Source: the human T2T-CHM13v2.0 reference genome, Homo sapiens. From it: a stretch of 64,000 nucleotides of DNA. The notes under the pieces are model-generated. The model made no database searches. It had not been told where the DNA came from and saw nothing but the letters and a program-made list of their open reading frames with translations. Positions 44,354 through 63,390 of this stretch are shown one piece after another. A program made the translations under genes and the position numbers. The stretch lies in NCBI RefSeq assembly GCF_009914755.1, contig NC_060940.1. One strand, given 5' to 3'. Each line of letters begins with the position of its first letter. The first letter of the stretch is position 1.

Positions 44354-44774
44354 CTGGAGGAGGGGAGGGGGAGGAGAAGAGAAAGGGGTGGGAGGAGAGC
44401 ACGGGGAGAGGAGGAGGGAGAGGTGGGGGTGCAAGGAGAAAAGGAAGAAAAATTAAAAAGAGGAACATGCCCAGAGGGACACAGCCAGCCCATGAGAAAT
44501 TAAAGGCTGAGGAAAGAAACCAGTGAGAGAGGGGGAACAAAGCTCCAACCCTGCCTGGGGCGGGGCAGCTGCACAGACAGGAGGTGGGCACGGGGCAAGC
44601 TGGACTTCCCCAGGGAGGTAGAAGGCCCCCAACAGCCCCATCTCCATGGTGGCTGGCAGGGGAGGGCCCCGCTGGGGTGGCACAGGGAAGCTGGGCATCT
44701 GGCCAGGTATCTGGGACCCTCAGGAATGCAGTGTCCACCCTCCTGCCTCCCCACTCCCAGGCCCCTGTGCTCAC

Positions 44775-44871
44775 CTGACCCCGGGTCACCAGGGGGCACT
44801 GTCCTGCCAATGTTGGGCAGGAGGTACTCAATGTTGGGCACTGCCTGAGGCTCCTTGCTGCCCACAAGGGT
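44775..44871 (-). pseudogene. ARHGAP23P1: ARHGAP23 pseudo-exon
   Basis: [32 protein letters not shown]; 97 nt. Confidence 0.92.
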
Positions 44872-45458
44872 CTGCGAACAGGAGGAGGGGTCAACTGGCA
44901 TGCCCTCGGATGCTGGGCTGCCGACCCCCCAGAGGGGGGTGCCCTGATGACAGAGCCCGTGTCTCCTCCATCAGACTGGGCTCACTGGGGCAGGGACCGT
45001 CTCCCTCATCAGCCGGGTGCTCTTAAGGATGATACCTACATGTCCCCTGTTAGACAGCTTTGTGCTTTCCTCAACATCTCAGAACCACGAAGGCCAGAGC
45101 GGCCCCTTCAGCTAGGGGCAGGAGCTGTGTCTCCCGCACTAGACTGGAACTCCTCCAACCTAAGTCCTTCTCAGTAGCCTGGAGGGCAGGAGCTGCCTTT
45201 ACTCCTGAATTGGGTTCCCTCTGAGCAAGGCCTGTATCTCCCCCATTTAGACTGGGGATTCCTGAAGGCAAGCTTTGTGCTTATCTATCAGACTAGGGGC
45301 TCCTGAGGAGAGGGTCTGTGTTTCCTCCATCAGACTTGAGGGAAGCCTCAAGGACAGACACCTTCCCCAGCTTAAGTCTCGCTGCCTGCCCCACCCCCAA
45401 GGACTGGGGCTCACCCCAGACCAGCCCCCATGCCAGCCCAGCCCGCAGCATCACTTAC

Positions 45459-45502
45459 TCTCTCTCTCCCTTGTCCTCTTCGTCACTGAAGAACCAGTCT
45501 GA
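45459..45502 (-). pseudogene. ARHGAP23P1: ARHGAP23 pseudo-exon with a +2 (GA) frameshift
   Basis: SDWFFSDEEDKGER plus GA; 44 nt between two phase-0 neighbours. Confidence 0.88.
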
Positions 45503-46308
45503 CTGCAGAGAAGACAAAAGGAAGGGATGAAATCAGCATGGGAAAGAAGAGTCTCTTCCACCTGCTCATTCCAGAGGACCCACTCAGGCGGCAAGGGGAG
45601 CCTCTCTCTCAACAAACCCCAGGCTGGTGGGGCTGCAAAAGAGGGCTCAGAGGGAGCTTGATGGATGCTAAAACCTGACTCCACAGACTATGAAAAACCC
45701 TGGGGGAGAGAAAAGGTGGGACCCCAGTGTGGGAGGAGACACGGCAGTGAGTGGGAGCGGCCACGTCAGACGGGAGATAGGCTTAGGGAGAGCTTCGCTT
45801 TTACTTGCTTTTCTCTAAACACTGTCCTGGGCACACCCCTATGGCATACTCCCCACAGCGAGCCGGGGGGCAGGGAGGCACCAGTGCCGTTAGTGTTGGC
45901 CAGGTCCATGGCTGTGACAGCCGAGCATGCCCCAGGCCACCTGCCACCCATGGGTGCCACACTGACAACAGGGGTGTCACATACTCAGCCCAGAAAAGGA
46001 AAATGACAGGAGAAAGGTGTTGGAGGTTTCCTGACGGGCAGGAGGCGAGAGCTTTCTCATAAAGGCCAAACAAGAGACAAAATAAAGACCCCCACAGTTT
46101 AATATATTTTGTAAAATTTGAGAATCTTGAAGATAAAATTCTAAGTTTTCTGAAAAAAAAATCCAGATTGCTTATAAATGAACACGTATCACAGGTACTT
46201 GGAACTTTCAGCAGCAAGACACAAGAAGACAAGACAAGAAAGTAAGTTTTGATGTGTTGAAGGAACCTAGAATTTTATACCCTGCTAAACTCTCATTTAA
46301 AAAAATGA

Positions 46309-48060
<1,752 letters not shown>

Positions 48061-49109
48061 ATGGAAGCTCTGGAGTCAGTTATCTTGGTTCGAGTTCACC
48101 TTAGCCAAGTTACTTTCCCTCTGTAAGTCTATTTACTTATCTCTAAAACGGGCATGATGTGAGTACCTCCTTCTAGGCCTGAGGAGGATTGAGATGAAAT
48201 ACTGTATGGAAAATGTTGAGTGCAGCACGTTGTTAATGTATAATAGATGTCAGCTACCGTTATTCAAAAGTGCGTCTTCCAGAGACAGGCTGACCAGGGG
48301 GAGCCTGAGGATCGGCCCAAAGAAGCCAGCTGTTAACTCGGGTTGGAAGGTGCCCAGAAGTACTCTGCAAGCCACAGCATCTACAGGAAGTGCCCGGGTG
48401 GCCACGGCTCTCAAGAGGAATCCACACTAGTTCCTGCCACCCTGTTTCTGCACATGCTGTTCTTTCCGCCTGGGATGCCCTTTCTCCCTGCTCTGCCTGG
48501 CTAAGTTCTCATCATGGTCCTCTAAGGCAGTTCAAGAACTCCATGACTACGACCCCAGCCCTGCACCCAGGGCCAGGGTGGGTCCTTCTGTGGGGCTTCC
48601 TTGGACATAGCCCAGAGCAAAAAGAGATGCAGCTCTTACTCTGATAAACATTATTAAATGAATAAATGAATGAGAAACATCATTTTATGGATTTTTTTGT
48701 GTGTGTGTGGCAGGGTCTCACTCTGTCACCCAGGCTGGAGTGCAGTGTCGCAATCTCGGCTCACTGCAGCCTCCCACCTCAGCCCCCCAAGTAGTTGAGA
48801 CCACAGACACGCACCACCACACCCGCTGGCAATATTCCTTCTGAGCAGGTTCCCATTCACCTCCGTGTTTCCAGCATGGGGATCTGTCTCTGGCGTGGAA
48901 TAATGACCACGAGGAAGAGGATGACATTCAGTTCTCACACAACACTTAGAACCTGCCAGGCACCGCCGTGAGTGCTTTAGCAGACATTCACAACAATGTG
49001 AGGTAAACAGTATTGTCATCTCTACAGGTGTGGAGACTGAGGCACAGCAGGTAAGGAACTTGTCCAAGGCCACACAGCACATAGGAGCAGGCTGGCCCTA
49101 GAGCCACTG

Positions 49110-49305
49110 CCGTCAATCTCCCACCCCAGGGGGCACTTGGCAATGTCTGGAGACATTTTTGATTGTGACAACTAGAGTGATATTCCCAGCATCCAGCAGG
49201 TAGAAGCCAGTGATTCTGCTAAATGTCCTATAACACACAGAACAGCCTCCCACAATAAAGACTTATCTGGACCTCAGTGGTCACTAGTGCTGAAGCTGAG
49301 AAACA
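49110..49305 (+). mobile_element. MER20 DNA transposon (hAT-Charlie)
   Basis: CCCCAGGGGGCACTTGGCAATGTCTGGAGACATTTTTGATTGT...GCTGAGAAAC. Confidence 0.8.
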
Positions 49306-50038
49306 TTAGGTGTCACTGCCTTTGCTGAGTGAGTCCCTGAGCAAATGCCCTGGGTGATCTTTGTTTGGGTTCCACTTGACTTCGTAAACATAGGTAGAGG
49401 CTCCTGGCAACTTGCCCGCTGCAAGATCAGACATCCAGGTTTGCTCTCCTCTCTGCTCTGCCATTATCTTGCTGCGTGGCCCTGGGCAAGTCGCTGTTCC
49501 TCTTTACCCCTCAGTTGCCACCCTCTTTCCGACCTGAAGACTGGTCTGGGTGCCCCAAGTGACAGCAGCACTGCCCTGGCTATGGAGCCTCTGGGCTAGA
49601 CAGAGCTGGCACGCTTGGGTGGGCAGGCTTTCAGGGCTTGCAGAGTGGGTGGCTCATTCCCTTGACAATCATCCAGGGCTGGTTACGTTCAAATGCCAAG
49701 GAGGCAGAGAAGGGAAGGACACTAGCTCAGTTAGCTCTCGGGAATGAATCTCTGAGTAGAAAAGCCCAGCCTGGCCGGGCGTGATGGCTCAAACCTGTAA
49801 TCCCAGCACTTTGGAAGGCCGAGATGGGAGGATCGCTTGAGTCCAGGAGTTCAAGACTAGCCCTGGCAACATAGTAAGACCTCATCTCTACAAAAGAATA
49901 CAAAAATTAGCCAGTTGGTGTGGTGGTGGCATCTCTAGTCCCAGCTACTCAGGAGGCTGAGATGGCAGGATCGCCTGAGCCTGGAAGTGGGCCATATTTG
50001 CCCACTGCACTCCAGTGTGGGCGACAGACTGACTCTAT

Positions 50039-50071
<33 letters not shown>

Positions 50072-51761
50072 AAAAAAAAACCAGAAAGCGAAAAGAAAGA
50101 GAGAGAGAGAAAGAAAGAGAAAGAAAAGCCCAGCCTGATATAACCTCAATTAGCAATTTACTCATTCATTTATACTCCACAAACACTGAGTATCCACTGT
50201 GTGCCAGGCGCTAGTGTCAGTGCTAAATGAGACAAACTCCACCTTCTCCACCCTGCCCAGAGCAGGGACTCCCCCTTGGGGCTTTGGCCTCCTTCCTCCC
50301 TGAAGACTGCAGTTCCTGACACCTCAGCTGACTTCAGACCTTGGGCTTCCAGGGGCTTCTCCAGGAGCACAGGGCCAGACACCCACTCTTCCCTGCTGCT
50401 GCCCCCAAAACACACCCTCCTGGGAGGTTCCGGGGCTCCCTGGTGCCCTGGAGAGCTAAGCTTTCCCAAGGCCTCACCAGGATCCCGGATGCTGCAGGGC
50501 AGCCCTGGCCTCCCAGACAGCTCTGGAGTGGTGTTCCCAGTGTCCGGATGCAGCAGGCTGTGATGCTCCCTCCTGTGGCTCGGAGCCCTGAGCATGCAGT
50601 GAAGGAGGAGATGGGCAAGCAAGGCTGTTAACATGGCTCAGCTGCCCACCACCTCGCATCCTTACCCTGGCCCCCTCCCTCCGTCCCAAGCCAGCTCAAG
50701 GAGGGACCTAGGAGTCTGGCCTTTGGGCTGATAGCAGGAGGAAAACACAGGCTTTGGTCAGTCAGATCTGGCTTGAAATCTTGGGCTGCCACTTATTAGC
50801 TGTGTGACCATGAGCAAGTTGCTTTGCCTCTCTGAGCCTGTTTCCTCCTCTGTAAAATGGGGGTGATAGGGCCCAGCTTTCCTTCCCTAAAGTGTCTAGG
50901 GGGCTTGGGACTGAGGCTTCCCTTCCTCTGACCAGCTGCCAGTCTTATTTCCCCTGGCAGGAGGGGCTCTGTTCTCATCCTCTGTGGGCTGTAACAAGAA
51001 TTGGAAATGGAAAATCTATGATTCATAATGACATCTGTGTGTGCCCCAGAAGGCGGCAGTGCTGCCTTAGGGTTGGGCTCTGGAAGACCAAGGCCTCCTG
51101 AGCCCTCTGCTGGCCACTCTGGGCTCTCCTCCGCCCATGCACGGTAACAAGAACCTACAGGACCACGGCTGTTGGCATCCAGGAAGCCATGAGAAGGGAG
51201 GTGGCCAGCCCAGTACATGCCAAGCACTGGTGCAGGATCCTGCCTCAGGCCAAGGCCCTGTGCCTTGCCCCATCCACCCCTTGTTACCATGGACATCACC
51301 TCTACCTCCCCAAAACCTCAGTGGGGCCAGCAGGGAAAGTCACTAGAGCCGGGGCCTCCTGATGTCAGGCCAGACCTTGGCCCCCGTCTGCTCGTGTCTG
51401 CCAGGACACCTCTCCAGGGGCCACCTTCTGAAGCTGCCCCTTCTGCCCTCCACCTGTAGCACCTTCCCTGCCCTTCCTCCTCTTCTGCCTTTCCCAGGCA
51501 TCTTGGACGCTCGGGGGCCTCTTGACTCTCCTGCTGGGGACACAACATCCCAGGGCAGCAAGGATTCCAGGATCCATTCCTGCCTTGCCTTGAAATGCAG
51601 CCCATGGCTTTGGAGGAGTACATACCACCCTAGCAGCATGCTCTAAAGCTGCCGAGCCCTTCCTGGGGCACACCCCGCCAGGCTGAGCAAGAGTGAGGGG
51701 CTCAGAGGAACATGGCCTGGGCCCCAGGGGCTGCCGGGTGACCCCCGGAACAGGGGCTTAC

Positions 51762-51887
51762 GTGCTGGATCAGTGTCTCCACGATCTTGTAGCGGTCAGG
51801 CATGTGGGTCACCATGTCTGTCATGTTGTCCTCAGACGTCCTCACCAGTGTCCGCCCAAAGACCAGGGCCAGGTTCCGGGGTTCCAT
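51762..51887 (-). pseudogene. ARHGAP23P1: ARHGAP23 pseudo-exon, end of RhoGAP
   Basis: [42 protein letters not shown]; 126 nt. Confidence 0.93.
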
Positions 51888-51973
51888 CTGGGCAGCAGGG
51901 AAAGCAGGTCACTGTCAACATCCTGAACTCAGTCCTCCCTCACTCTGGCCCCTAAGGCCTCTGTCCCCAACTA

Positions 51974-52473
<500 letters not shown>

Positions 52474-52738
52474 CTAAGTCGGAGGATGGCAATGCATCCG
52501 ATACGGGGAGCCGGGGTTCCCTGCCTCTGGAAAGCCCTCAGAAACTCAGGAGATGGCTCTCTGGGGGAAAGCACTGACCAGCATGTAGGAGCGGGATGGG
52601 GACGGAGCAGTCATATAGGAGGGCGTGCCTAGAGGGGCCTGAGTTATTGGACCTGCAGGAGCTCAGTGCGTGCTGAGGGCCCCCACACAGTAAGTCCGTG
52701 CTTGCCTCCCCCAGACTCCATGCGGGACTCCTACCCAC

Positions 52739-52828
52739 CTTGTTTTTCTCAGAGTGGTCAGCGATGGTCTTGAGATGGCCCACAAGGAATTTGAGCGTTT
52801 CATAATAGTGTCCTGGGAGATCCCGGAT
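52739..52828 (-). pseudogene. ARHGAP23P1: ARHGAP23 pseudo-exon, RhoGAP
   Basis: [30 protein letters not shown]; 90 nt. Confidence 0.93.
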
Positions 52829-53108
52829 CTGAGCAGGAGAGAGGAGGGGCATGGGGACAGGCTGTAAGGGCCTGCCGCTGTCCCCCGTCACCACCATGCC
52901 CCAAAGATCTCCCACTACCATGCCTCAGGGAGTCTGGAACCTATCCTCTAACCCCCCGTTCTCTTGTGTGGATGGGGAAACTGATGCCCTGAGTGGAGCA
53001 GGGCAAGGCCACAGGGGTCGTGGGTAACACCGGACTCCCTGCCTCCTGGGACAGAGGTGCTCAGGCAGCTGCCCCACCTCGTGCCTGGCAGCACCTCTCT
53101 CTCCTTAC

Positions 53109-53182
53109 CAGCTTCCGCAGCGTCCTCATCCGCTCCCGCGCGTCCTCAATGCAGTTGGCCTCGATGAAGTCGTTGTATTTGT
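53109..53182 (-). pseudogene. ARHGAP23P1: ARHGAP23 pseudo-exon, RhoGAP
   Basis: [24 protein letters not shown]; 74 nt. Confidence 0.92.
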
Positions 53183-53335
53183 CTAGAACACAGCAGAGAC
53201 TCTTTAGAGAGGTAGGGGCAGCACCTTACCCTGTTCTCCAGGCCGAGGGCCCTGCTGGGAGGGCTGTGTTTTGAACTCCTCCAGTTCGGGGGCTCCAGCA
53301 TGGGCGACAGCCTCTTGTGTATGTGAACACACCCA

Positions 53336-53395
53336 CCACAGCTGCACTTACCACAGCTGCACTCACCACAGCTGCACTCACCACAGCTACACTCG
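53336..53395. repeat. 15-bp tandem repeat x4 (CCACAGCTGCACTCA)
   Basis: Directly visible. Confidence 0.9.
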
Positions 53396-54042
53396 GGTGT
53401 GCACCTGACCTGGGGTAGCCCAGCTGTGTTCATTTGGGAGGCAATACGACCTGAGGTGCATGCTGATCGCAGAAAAGGGGTCCATGCCCCCGTCTCCAGG
53501 ACATGGACACCAAGGTTCAGCAGGTCAGAAGAGAAGGGCACCTGGAGAGGAGGAGGGGCTTCAGACAGCCTCGACCAAGGATTCCCCCAACTCCCTTCAG
53601 AACAATTCCATGGGGACCTTTAAAGAATGGAACATGATAAGCCTATTCTGAAATTCATCTGGATGAGCTAATGCACAAAGACAGCCAGGAATAGTTTTTA
53701 AAGAAAGAGTAACGCGGGAGGATCTGCCCTACCAGGGACTGAAACATCCTGAATGGATGGCACAGCTGAAGCCGGCTGGCACGGCAGAAAAGGCAGAGCA
53801 ATGTTAAGGCTAGAAAGGGGGGAAGTGGGCCATGTGGATATTTATTATATGATAAAGGCAGCACTTCCAATCGGGGGGAGGGATGGGGGCCTCAACAGAT
53901 GTCCCCGGGACAAATGGCTACCATCAGGGGCGGGGGGGATCATTTCTAGCTCACAATACACAAATGCAATCACACGGCAGAGCCAATTGTGAAAATTATA
54001 AAAGCTCTGGGGAAAAAATAAGAAAATATTTTTATAATCCTA

Positions 54043-55889
<1,847 letters not shown>

Positions 55890-56147
55890 TAAGAATCCCC
55901 TTAGAGAGCACAGATCCAGGCGTGCAAGGACTTATTCAAGGAAAGCCATTGCAACAGGTTGTGTGATAGCAAACATTTGAAGACAAGCTAAATATCCATC
56001 AATAGAGGAGTACTTAAAGAAATTATAGTCTATTCAAACCATGAAATTCTATGTGGTTGATTTAAAAGAAGAATGAGGTAGAGCTCTCTGCACTGACACG
56101 AATGAATCTCAGAATTACAACTCTGCTTTTGTTAAAGACAACTCAAC

Positions 56148-56349
56148 CAGCGGTGTGCTGGAGTCCGCTCACACCAGCTCCTGAGAGCAACTGTGTGCCT
56201 CTCTTCCCAATTCCATGTTGGTGACATCATGTTGGTGGCTTGAAATAAACCATGGTAGGAGTATTTACACCATGGAAGCTGGAAAACGCTAGGCATTAGG
56301 GCTTTTTTCTCCCAGAAACAGATGTTAAACATCTGCCAGCACACCCCTG
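56148..56349. mobile_element. MER63-like hAT DNA transposon
   Basis: Terminal inverted repeats CAGCGGTGTGCTGG ... CCAGCACACCCCTG. Confidence 0.7.
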
Positions 56350-56479
56350 AACCCACCCAACTCCAAACCCCACGCAGGCACGTGTGTATCTCTGCCATGC
56401 ATATAAGAGGGCCAGGAGAGAAACACAACAGATTGTGAATAAGCAGTTCAGCAAACAGCCAAAGCGCATCGGAGCCCGA

Positions 56480-56650
56480 CGCCTGGGGTGGAATCCTGGC
56501 TCTGCCATTTACAACCTGTGTGACCTTGGGCAAGGCATTAAACCTCTCTGAGCCTTGGTTTCCTCATCTGTAGAGGGAAGACAATAGCACCTTCCTCATG
56601 GAGTTGCTGTAGGGAGTTGTGCTTGGCACACACTAATGCTCAGAAAGTGT
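56480..56650 (+). mobile_element. MIR
   Basis: AATCCTGGCTCTGCCATTTAC...TGTGTGACCTTGGGCAAG...CTGAGCCTTGGTTTCCTCATCTGTA. Other MIR pieces near 24,300, 39,450, 42,420, 48,080, 49,000 and 50,770. Confidence 0.8.
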
Positions 56651-57167
56651 TAGCCACAACCTCCCGTGAAAGGGAGGAGGAGATTCACAGGGTCCTGTGC
56701 TGTTTTTATTCACATCTGCACAATCTATGTTTTTTTTTAATAAGATTTTGTGTTAAAAAAAAAAAAGCCAGCGTGGTGGCTCATGCCTGTAATCCCAGCA
56801 TTTTGTGGGGCTGGGGCAGGCAGGAGGATTGCTTGAGCCCAAGAGTGCAACACCAGTCTGAGCAACATAGTGAGAAACTCCCCCCATCTCTGAAAAAAAC
56901 TTTTAAATTAGCTGGGTGTGGTGGTGTTCACCTGCTGTCTCAGCTACTCAGGAGGCTGAGGTGGGAGGATCGCTTGAGCCCAGTAGCTTGAGGCTGCAAT
57001 GAGCTGTGATTGCGCCACTGCACTCCAGTCTGGGCGACAGAGCAAGACTGTCTCCAAAAAAAAAAAAAAAAAAAAAAAAAAGAGTAAAACCAAATGCAAA
57101 AGTAGTGGTCAGGGGTGCGGCACAGACTGGTGTCCCCTCCCCACCCCCACTTCCACCTCCTACTCAC

Positions 57168-57246
57168 CATCAGTGAAAAGAGGCTCGGGCAGCTTTTGGA
57201 AGAAGGACTTGAGCAGGCTGTTGATCACATTGAGGTCTTGCCAGCG
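57168..57246 (-). pseudogene. ARHGAP23P1: ARHGAP23 pseudo-exon, RhoGAP
   Basis: [26 protein letters not shown]; 79 nt. Confidence 0.92.
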
Positions 57247-57960
57247 CTGGGGGAGGAGTCAGATGTCAGGCCACAGGCAGGCCTAGCCCAATGCCCATGC
57301 CTCCATGATCATTCACCCCAGAGCCCAATCAAGCCCACCAGGCCCTCCCTGGGACCCACTTAGACTAAGCTCTCTACTCATCAGGATGGTGGCAGCAGAA
57401 CTGAGTCCCCAGAGAGGTCCTGTGCCCACACTCACACTTGGCCCCAGCCCCTCCCTGCTCCTGCCAGCGCGGGGGCTCCAACACCTCCCCATTCACAGAA
57501 AGTCCCAGGCACTGTGGGGACACAGTGAGTGGCAGCTGCTGCCTCCACTGGGCACAGTTTAAGCATCCGTGACACCGCAGTCATTCATGCCAGCTCCTTC
57601 CTGTCTCAGGTCCTCTGCATGTGCTGGTTCCCTCAACCAGAACTTTCCTCCCCGCCTCCACACAACTGGCTCCTCATCCCCGCCTAAAAGTCGCTCTTCA
57701 AAGAGGCCTTCTCTGACCCTCATAGCTAAAGCAGCCACCTTCACCACTGCCCTGTCACCTGCACCCCAGCCCTGACTTTGTTTCCTTCATGGCGCTTAAC
57801 CCAATTTGTCATTATTTTCTGCTTTTGTTTCTATGTTCATGCCTGTCTCCCTGCAGGACTGTAAGCTCCAGGAGGAGCCAGGATCCCGTCTGTCTCATTT
57901 CCCACTGTGCTCCTATCACCTAGCTAGGACAGTTAACCTGATACTTACATGGCCCTAAAT

Positions 57961-58188
57961 CAGTGGTTCTAACAGAAGGAGGCAATTTTGTCCCCCAAAC
58001 TCCCACTCCACCCCCAGAGGACATTTGACAATGTCTGGAGCCATTTTGATTTTCCCAACTGGGAGGTGACACTTGCATCTAGTGGATCGAGGCCAGGGAT
58101 GATTCCAAATTTCCTCCAGTGCACAGGGCAACCCCACACAACAAATAATTGTTCTTCCCAAAATGTCCACTGAGGTTGAGAAACCCTA
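57961..58188 (+). mobile_element. MER20 DNA transposon
   Basis: CAGTGGTTCT...GGACATTTGACAATGTCTGGAG...GAGGTTGAGAAACCCTA; degenerate 8-bp TSD CCCTAAAT/CTCTAAAA. Confidence 0.82.
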
Positions 58189-58282
58189 CTCTAAAATAAA
58201 TGGTTATTGAGTACAAGAACTAACGGCCGGGTCGTTGTCCCTTCTGTCCTCCAGGGGGCACCATGCCCCCAGCTTCACCCAC

Positions 58283-58438
58283 CTCATCCTGCTGGTTGAT
58301 GTCACCAGGCCCACGATTGAGCTGCTCCTGTAGGCTGGACACCACTGCATTATTGCCAGGCACTCGGTAAAAGCCTGTGGACTCCAGCCCTCGTGCCTCC
58401 ACAATGTGACAGCATGCAGCCACGATTAAGGGGACATG
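58283..58438 (-). pseudogene. ARHGAP23P1: ARHGAP23 pseudo-exon, RhoGAP arginine finger
   Basis: [52 protein letters not shown]; 156 nt. Confidence 0.93.
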
Positions 58439-58810
58439 CTGGGGACACAGGGGAGGGGTGTTAGGGGGGACAGGGGCCAGAGGAGCTGGGGAGGCCAAGA
58501 AGGGGACAATGCAAGGCCCAGAGCTGCTGCCAGGAACCCTTGGGGGGAACAAAAGGCCCTTGCTGCCTCCAGTCTGAGAGCTACAAATGACACCAAAGCC
58601 TCGCCATGGTCTGAGAAGGAGCCGGGCTCAGCCTCAGCCCTGCTGCTCCCTCCCTGGGAGGCCCAGGGCAGGCCTCCCCTCTCTGGGCTGTTTTCCCAGC
58701 TGTGTTTGTACAATGAGGTGGAGAGCTTGTTCCATGTCCCTTGCTGCTCTGACCCTCTGTGCCTTGGTCTCCCCCTGCCGGGCCTGCTCTGGCGTGTGGC
58801 AGAGACCCAC

Positions 58811-58932
58811 CTGGTTCTCCGTGGCTGGCTGGCAGTCCTCCAGCCTGACCCCAAATGCCCTTGGGACAGCCTTCTTATTTTTCTTGATGATGTTGATGCC
58901 CCAGGGGGTTTTGGGGGCTGCAGCACTGTCAT
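58811..58932 (-). pseudogene. ARHGAP23P1: ARHGAP23 pseudo-exon, start of RhoGAP
   Basis: [40 protein letters not shown]; 122 nt. Confidence 0.92.
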
Positions 58933-59060
58933 CTGAAGTGGGGGAGACAGAGCCAGAGTGAGCTGGAGTATCCAGGAGGGTCGCACACATTCACTGCCAC
59001 ATTCACACATTTGGATGTATGGGGATTCCATCAGAGAAGAAACCAGATGCCCAGGGCTGA

Positions 59061-60742
<1,682 letters not shown>

Positions 60743-61077
60743 AGGTAAGAACTTTCTAATAGCCAAAGGTGAGGGAAATGGGAAAGGTTGCTCTTGGAAA
60801 GGGTGGGCCTCTCATCCCTGCAGAGACACCAGCAAAGATTAGAGGACCACCCAGCAGGGATGTCAGGGAGGGGAATCAGGCTCCAGGCCCTTCCACCCCA
60901 AGACCCTGAGAGCCCCCAGACCCTCACAGGCATGCACACGCAGACAGACATACCGGTAACCCTGGCACACAGTCAGGCACACACGAGCAGACACAGCCCA
61001 ACACACACACACATGCCCTCCCCTCTCCATGCCCTCTTCCCCAACACACCACCCTGTCTCAGTGGCCACCTTCCTAC

Positions 61078-61208
61078 CCTTGCTCCCTGCGGGCAGGTCC
61101 TGAGTCCTGAGGCCACGTGCCGCACTCTGCTTGAGGAACTCAGACTTGAGGCCCCCCAGGCCGCGAGAGCCTTTGGGGGAGGAATCAGCTTTGAGCCCAG
61201 AGCTATGG
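61078..61208 (-). pseudogene. ARHGAP23P1: ARHGAP23 pseudo-exon
   Basis: [43 protein letters not shown]; 131 nt, AG/GT. Confidence 0.9.
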
Positions 61209-61472
61209 CTGTGTAGGAAAAAGGGGGAGAGGAGAGGTCTTCACTTGGGGTGGCCAAGCAGGCCACCCACCCTGGCCTCCTGCCCCTCGGGACATCCCCT
61301 CCACCCTGAGGCAATGCCTCCATGCCAAACTGCAGCCTGGAGACCCTGGATACCCTGGATACCCCTTTCCCCAGCAGAGGGCAGCCCTGGAGGTGGTCCA
61401 GGAAGACATCCTCTGCCTTCAGCCCCTTACCACCCCCACAGAGGAGACTGCTCCATGAGGGCTAGGCCTCAC

Positions 61473-61534
61473 CTCACTTTGCGATAATCATTAAGCTTCT
61501 TGCTGATCAGAGCTTGGTTGGCACAGCCGGGGTC
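61473..61534 (-). pseudogene. ARHGAP23P1: ARHGAP23 pseudo-exon
   Basis: [20 protein letters not shown]; 62 nt, AG/GT. Confidence 0.9.
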
Positions 61535-62261
61535 CTGAAGCAGGAGAGGAGAGAGCGGATCATGTCAGTGCCCACAGCCAGCCCACCCCTGGGTTCATCC
61601 CTAGCCCTGCTTCCCCTCTTGTCCACCTGCCAGGTGGACAGCCCAGACCCTGGAGTGAGAAAGACCAGGCCTGGACTCCCCAGCACCCTCTCACCAGCTG
61701 AGGCCTTGGGGAAGCCTCTTAGGCTCTCTGAGCCTCAGTCTCCTCGGTAATAAACATGGGGGGCTAAAAGGGAAGGCTCGGGGCTGGGTGCAGAATCATG
61801 CAGCACTCGCCACTTTCCTGGCAGATGCTGAGCAGGCATGGAGGAGGTGCCCCAGGAGGGACTGCTACTGCCATAGTGATGTGACTTGGAACCCCCCTGA
61901 CTAAGCCTTGTTGGAGACAGCCAAGCCAGGCCCCCAGAGGAGGAGGCCCAAATTCCAGGTGCCTTCCTCCCTGCAGTGGGGAAAGCTGTTCCCGGGAGAG
62001 CAGAGCCTGGTCAGCGAGAGGATGTGTCCTCAGCAAGAGGCCATGCACTAGCGCCCCCTCCCACGGCCAGAGCAGGCCCAGGCCCACTGCCCTCTTGGCA
62101 GAGACCCCAGGCCCGGGATGCCCACATGACTTTGTGTGGGTGTCTCAAGGCACTTCTGTGCAGGCTCCTGGCCAAAGAAGTAAACAGGGAGGAATCCCTA
62201 CCTAGGCCCCTGGAGTGTAGCTACGGCTGACCGCAATGGGCGCCATTAAAAAAAATTCTTC

Positions 62262-62620
<359 letters not shown>

Positions 62621-62989
62621 TCAGCCTCCTCACAAGGTCAATGTGTTCATCCTCCTGCAGTCAGGCCAGCCCAGTGCAGTTCTGGTGTGGGGACACTCAT
62701 GCCCTAACACACTCCATAGGAGGCCCCTGCCTTCCTCGCCTGCTGAGAAAAGCTGAGACTGGCCTGGAGCTGACCACTCCACATCAGAGCCTGCTCATGG
62801 CGATCCTAACACAGTCACAATAATCCCTGTCATCATTAGGGTCAGGATGGTGACTGCTGGTCCCCGCACCCGAGGACGCCAGGTCCTCCATGAGCCCTGC
62901 CCTTGCACCCTCGTCACCCCGAAACCTAGGGGGACACAATCACGAGGTGCACTCCTGTCAGCCCCCCTTTCTAGCAGAGGGAAGTGAGG

Positions 62990-63390
62990 CTCAGAGCGGA
63001 CATCCCAGGTCCACAGCCGGTGAGAGGCCACCCCGCCCGCCCTCTGTGGCCGCCGGGCTGGCCGGGCCCTCACCTCGCCCTCGGCCCTGCTGTTCTCCCG
63101 GATCGCTCTGATCCCCCCAGCATGTCATCCCGGTCCTCAGCCTGAAAGAGATATTCACAGAAGTCAGCGGTGGTCAGCCGGAACACGTGCCTCCTCTTGG
63201 TCTCGCTGTAGATGTCCACGAGGCAGGAGCCGACGCAGACGGGCGCCGCCTTGTCCTCACCTGCGCCGGCCCCCACAGCCCCCGCCGCCGCCGGCCCGGG
63301 CTACCGCCGCTCCTTGCTCAGCGAGAGCGAGCGCGCCAGCAGCGCGGCGTACACCCGCTTCCACTGGCGCAGGCCGCTGCCCGCTTTCTG
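62990..63390. other. CpG-rich island-like segment over the PH exon
   Basis: High GC content with many retained CpGs, judged by eye. Confidence 0.6.
63074..63387 (-). pseudogene. ARHGAP23P1: ARHGAP23 pseudo-exon, PH domain
   Basis: [35 protein letters not shown]...[37 protein letters not shown]/fs/[13 protein letters not shown]; 314 nt, AG/GT bounded. Confidence 0.93.
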
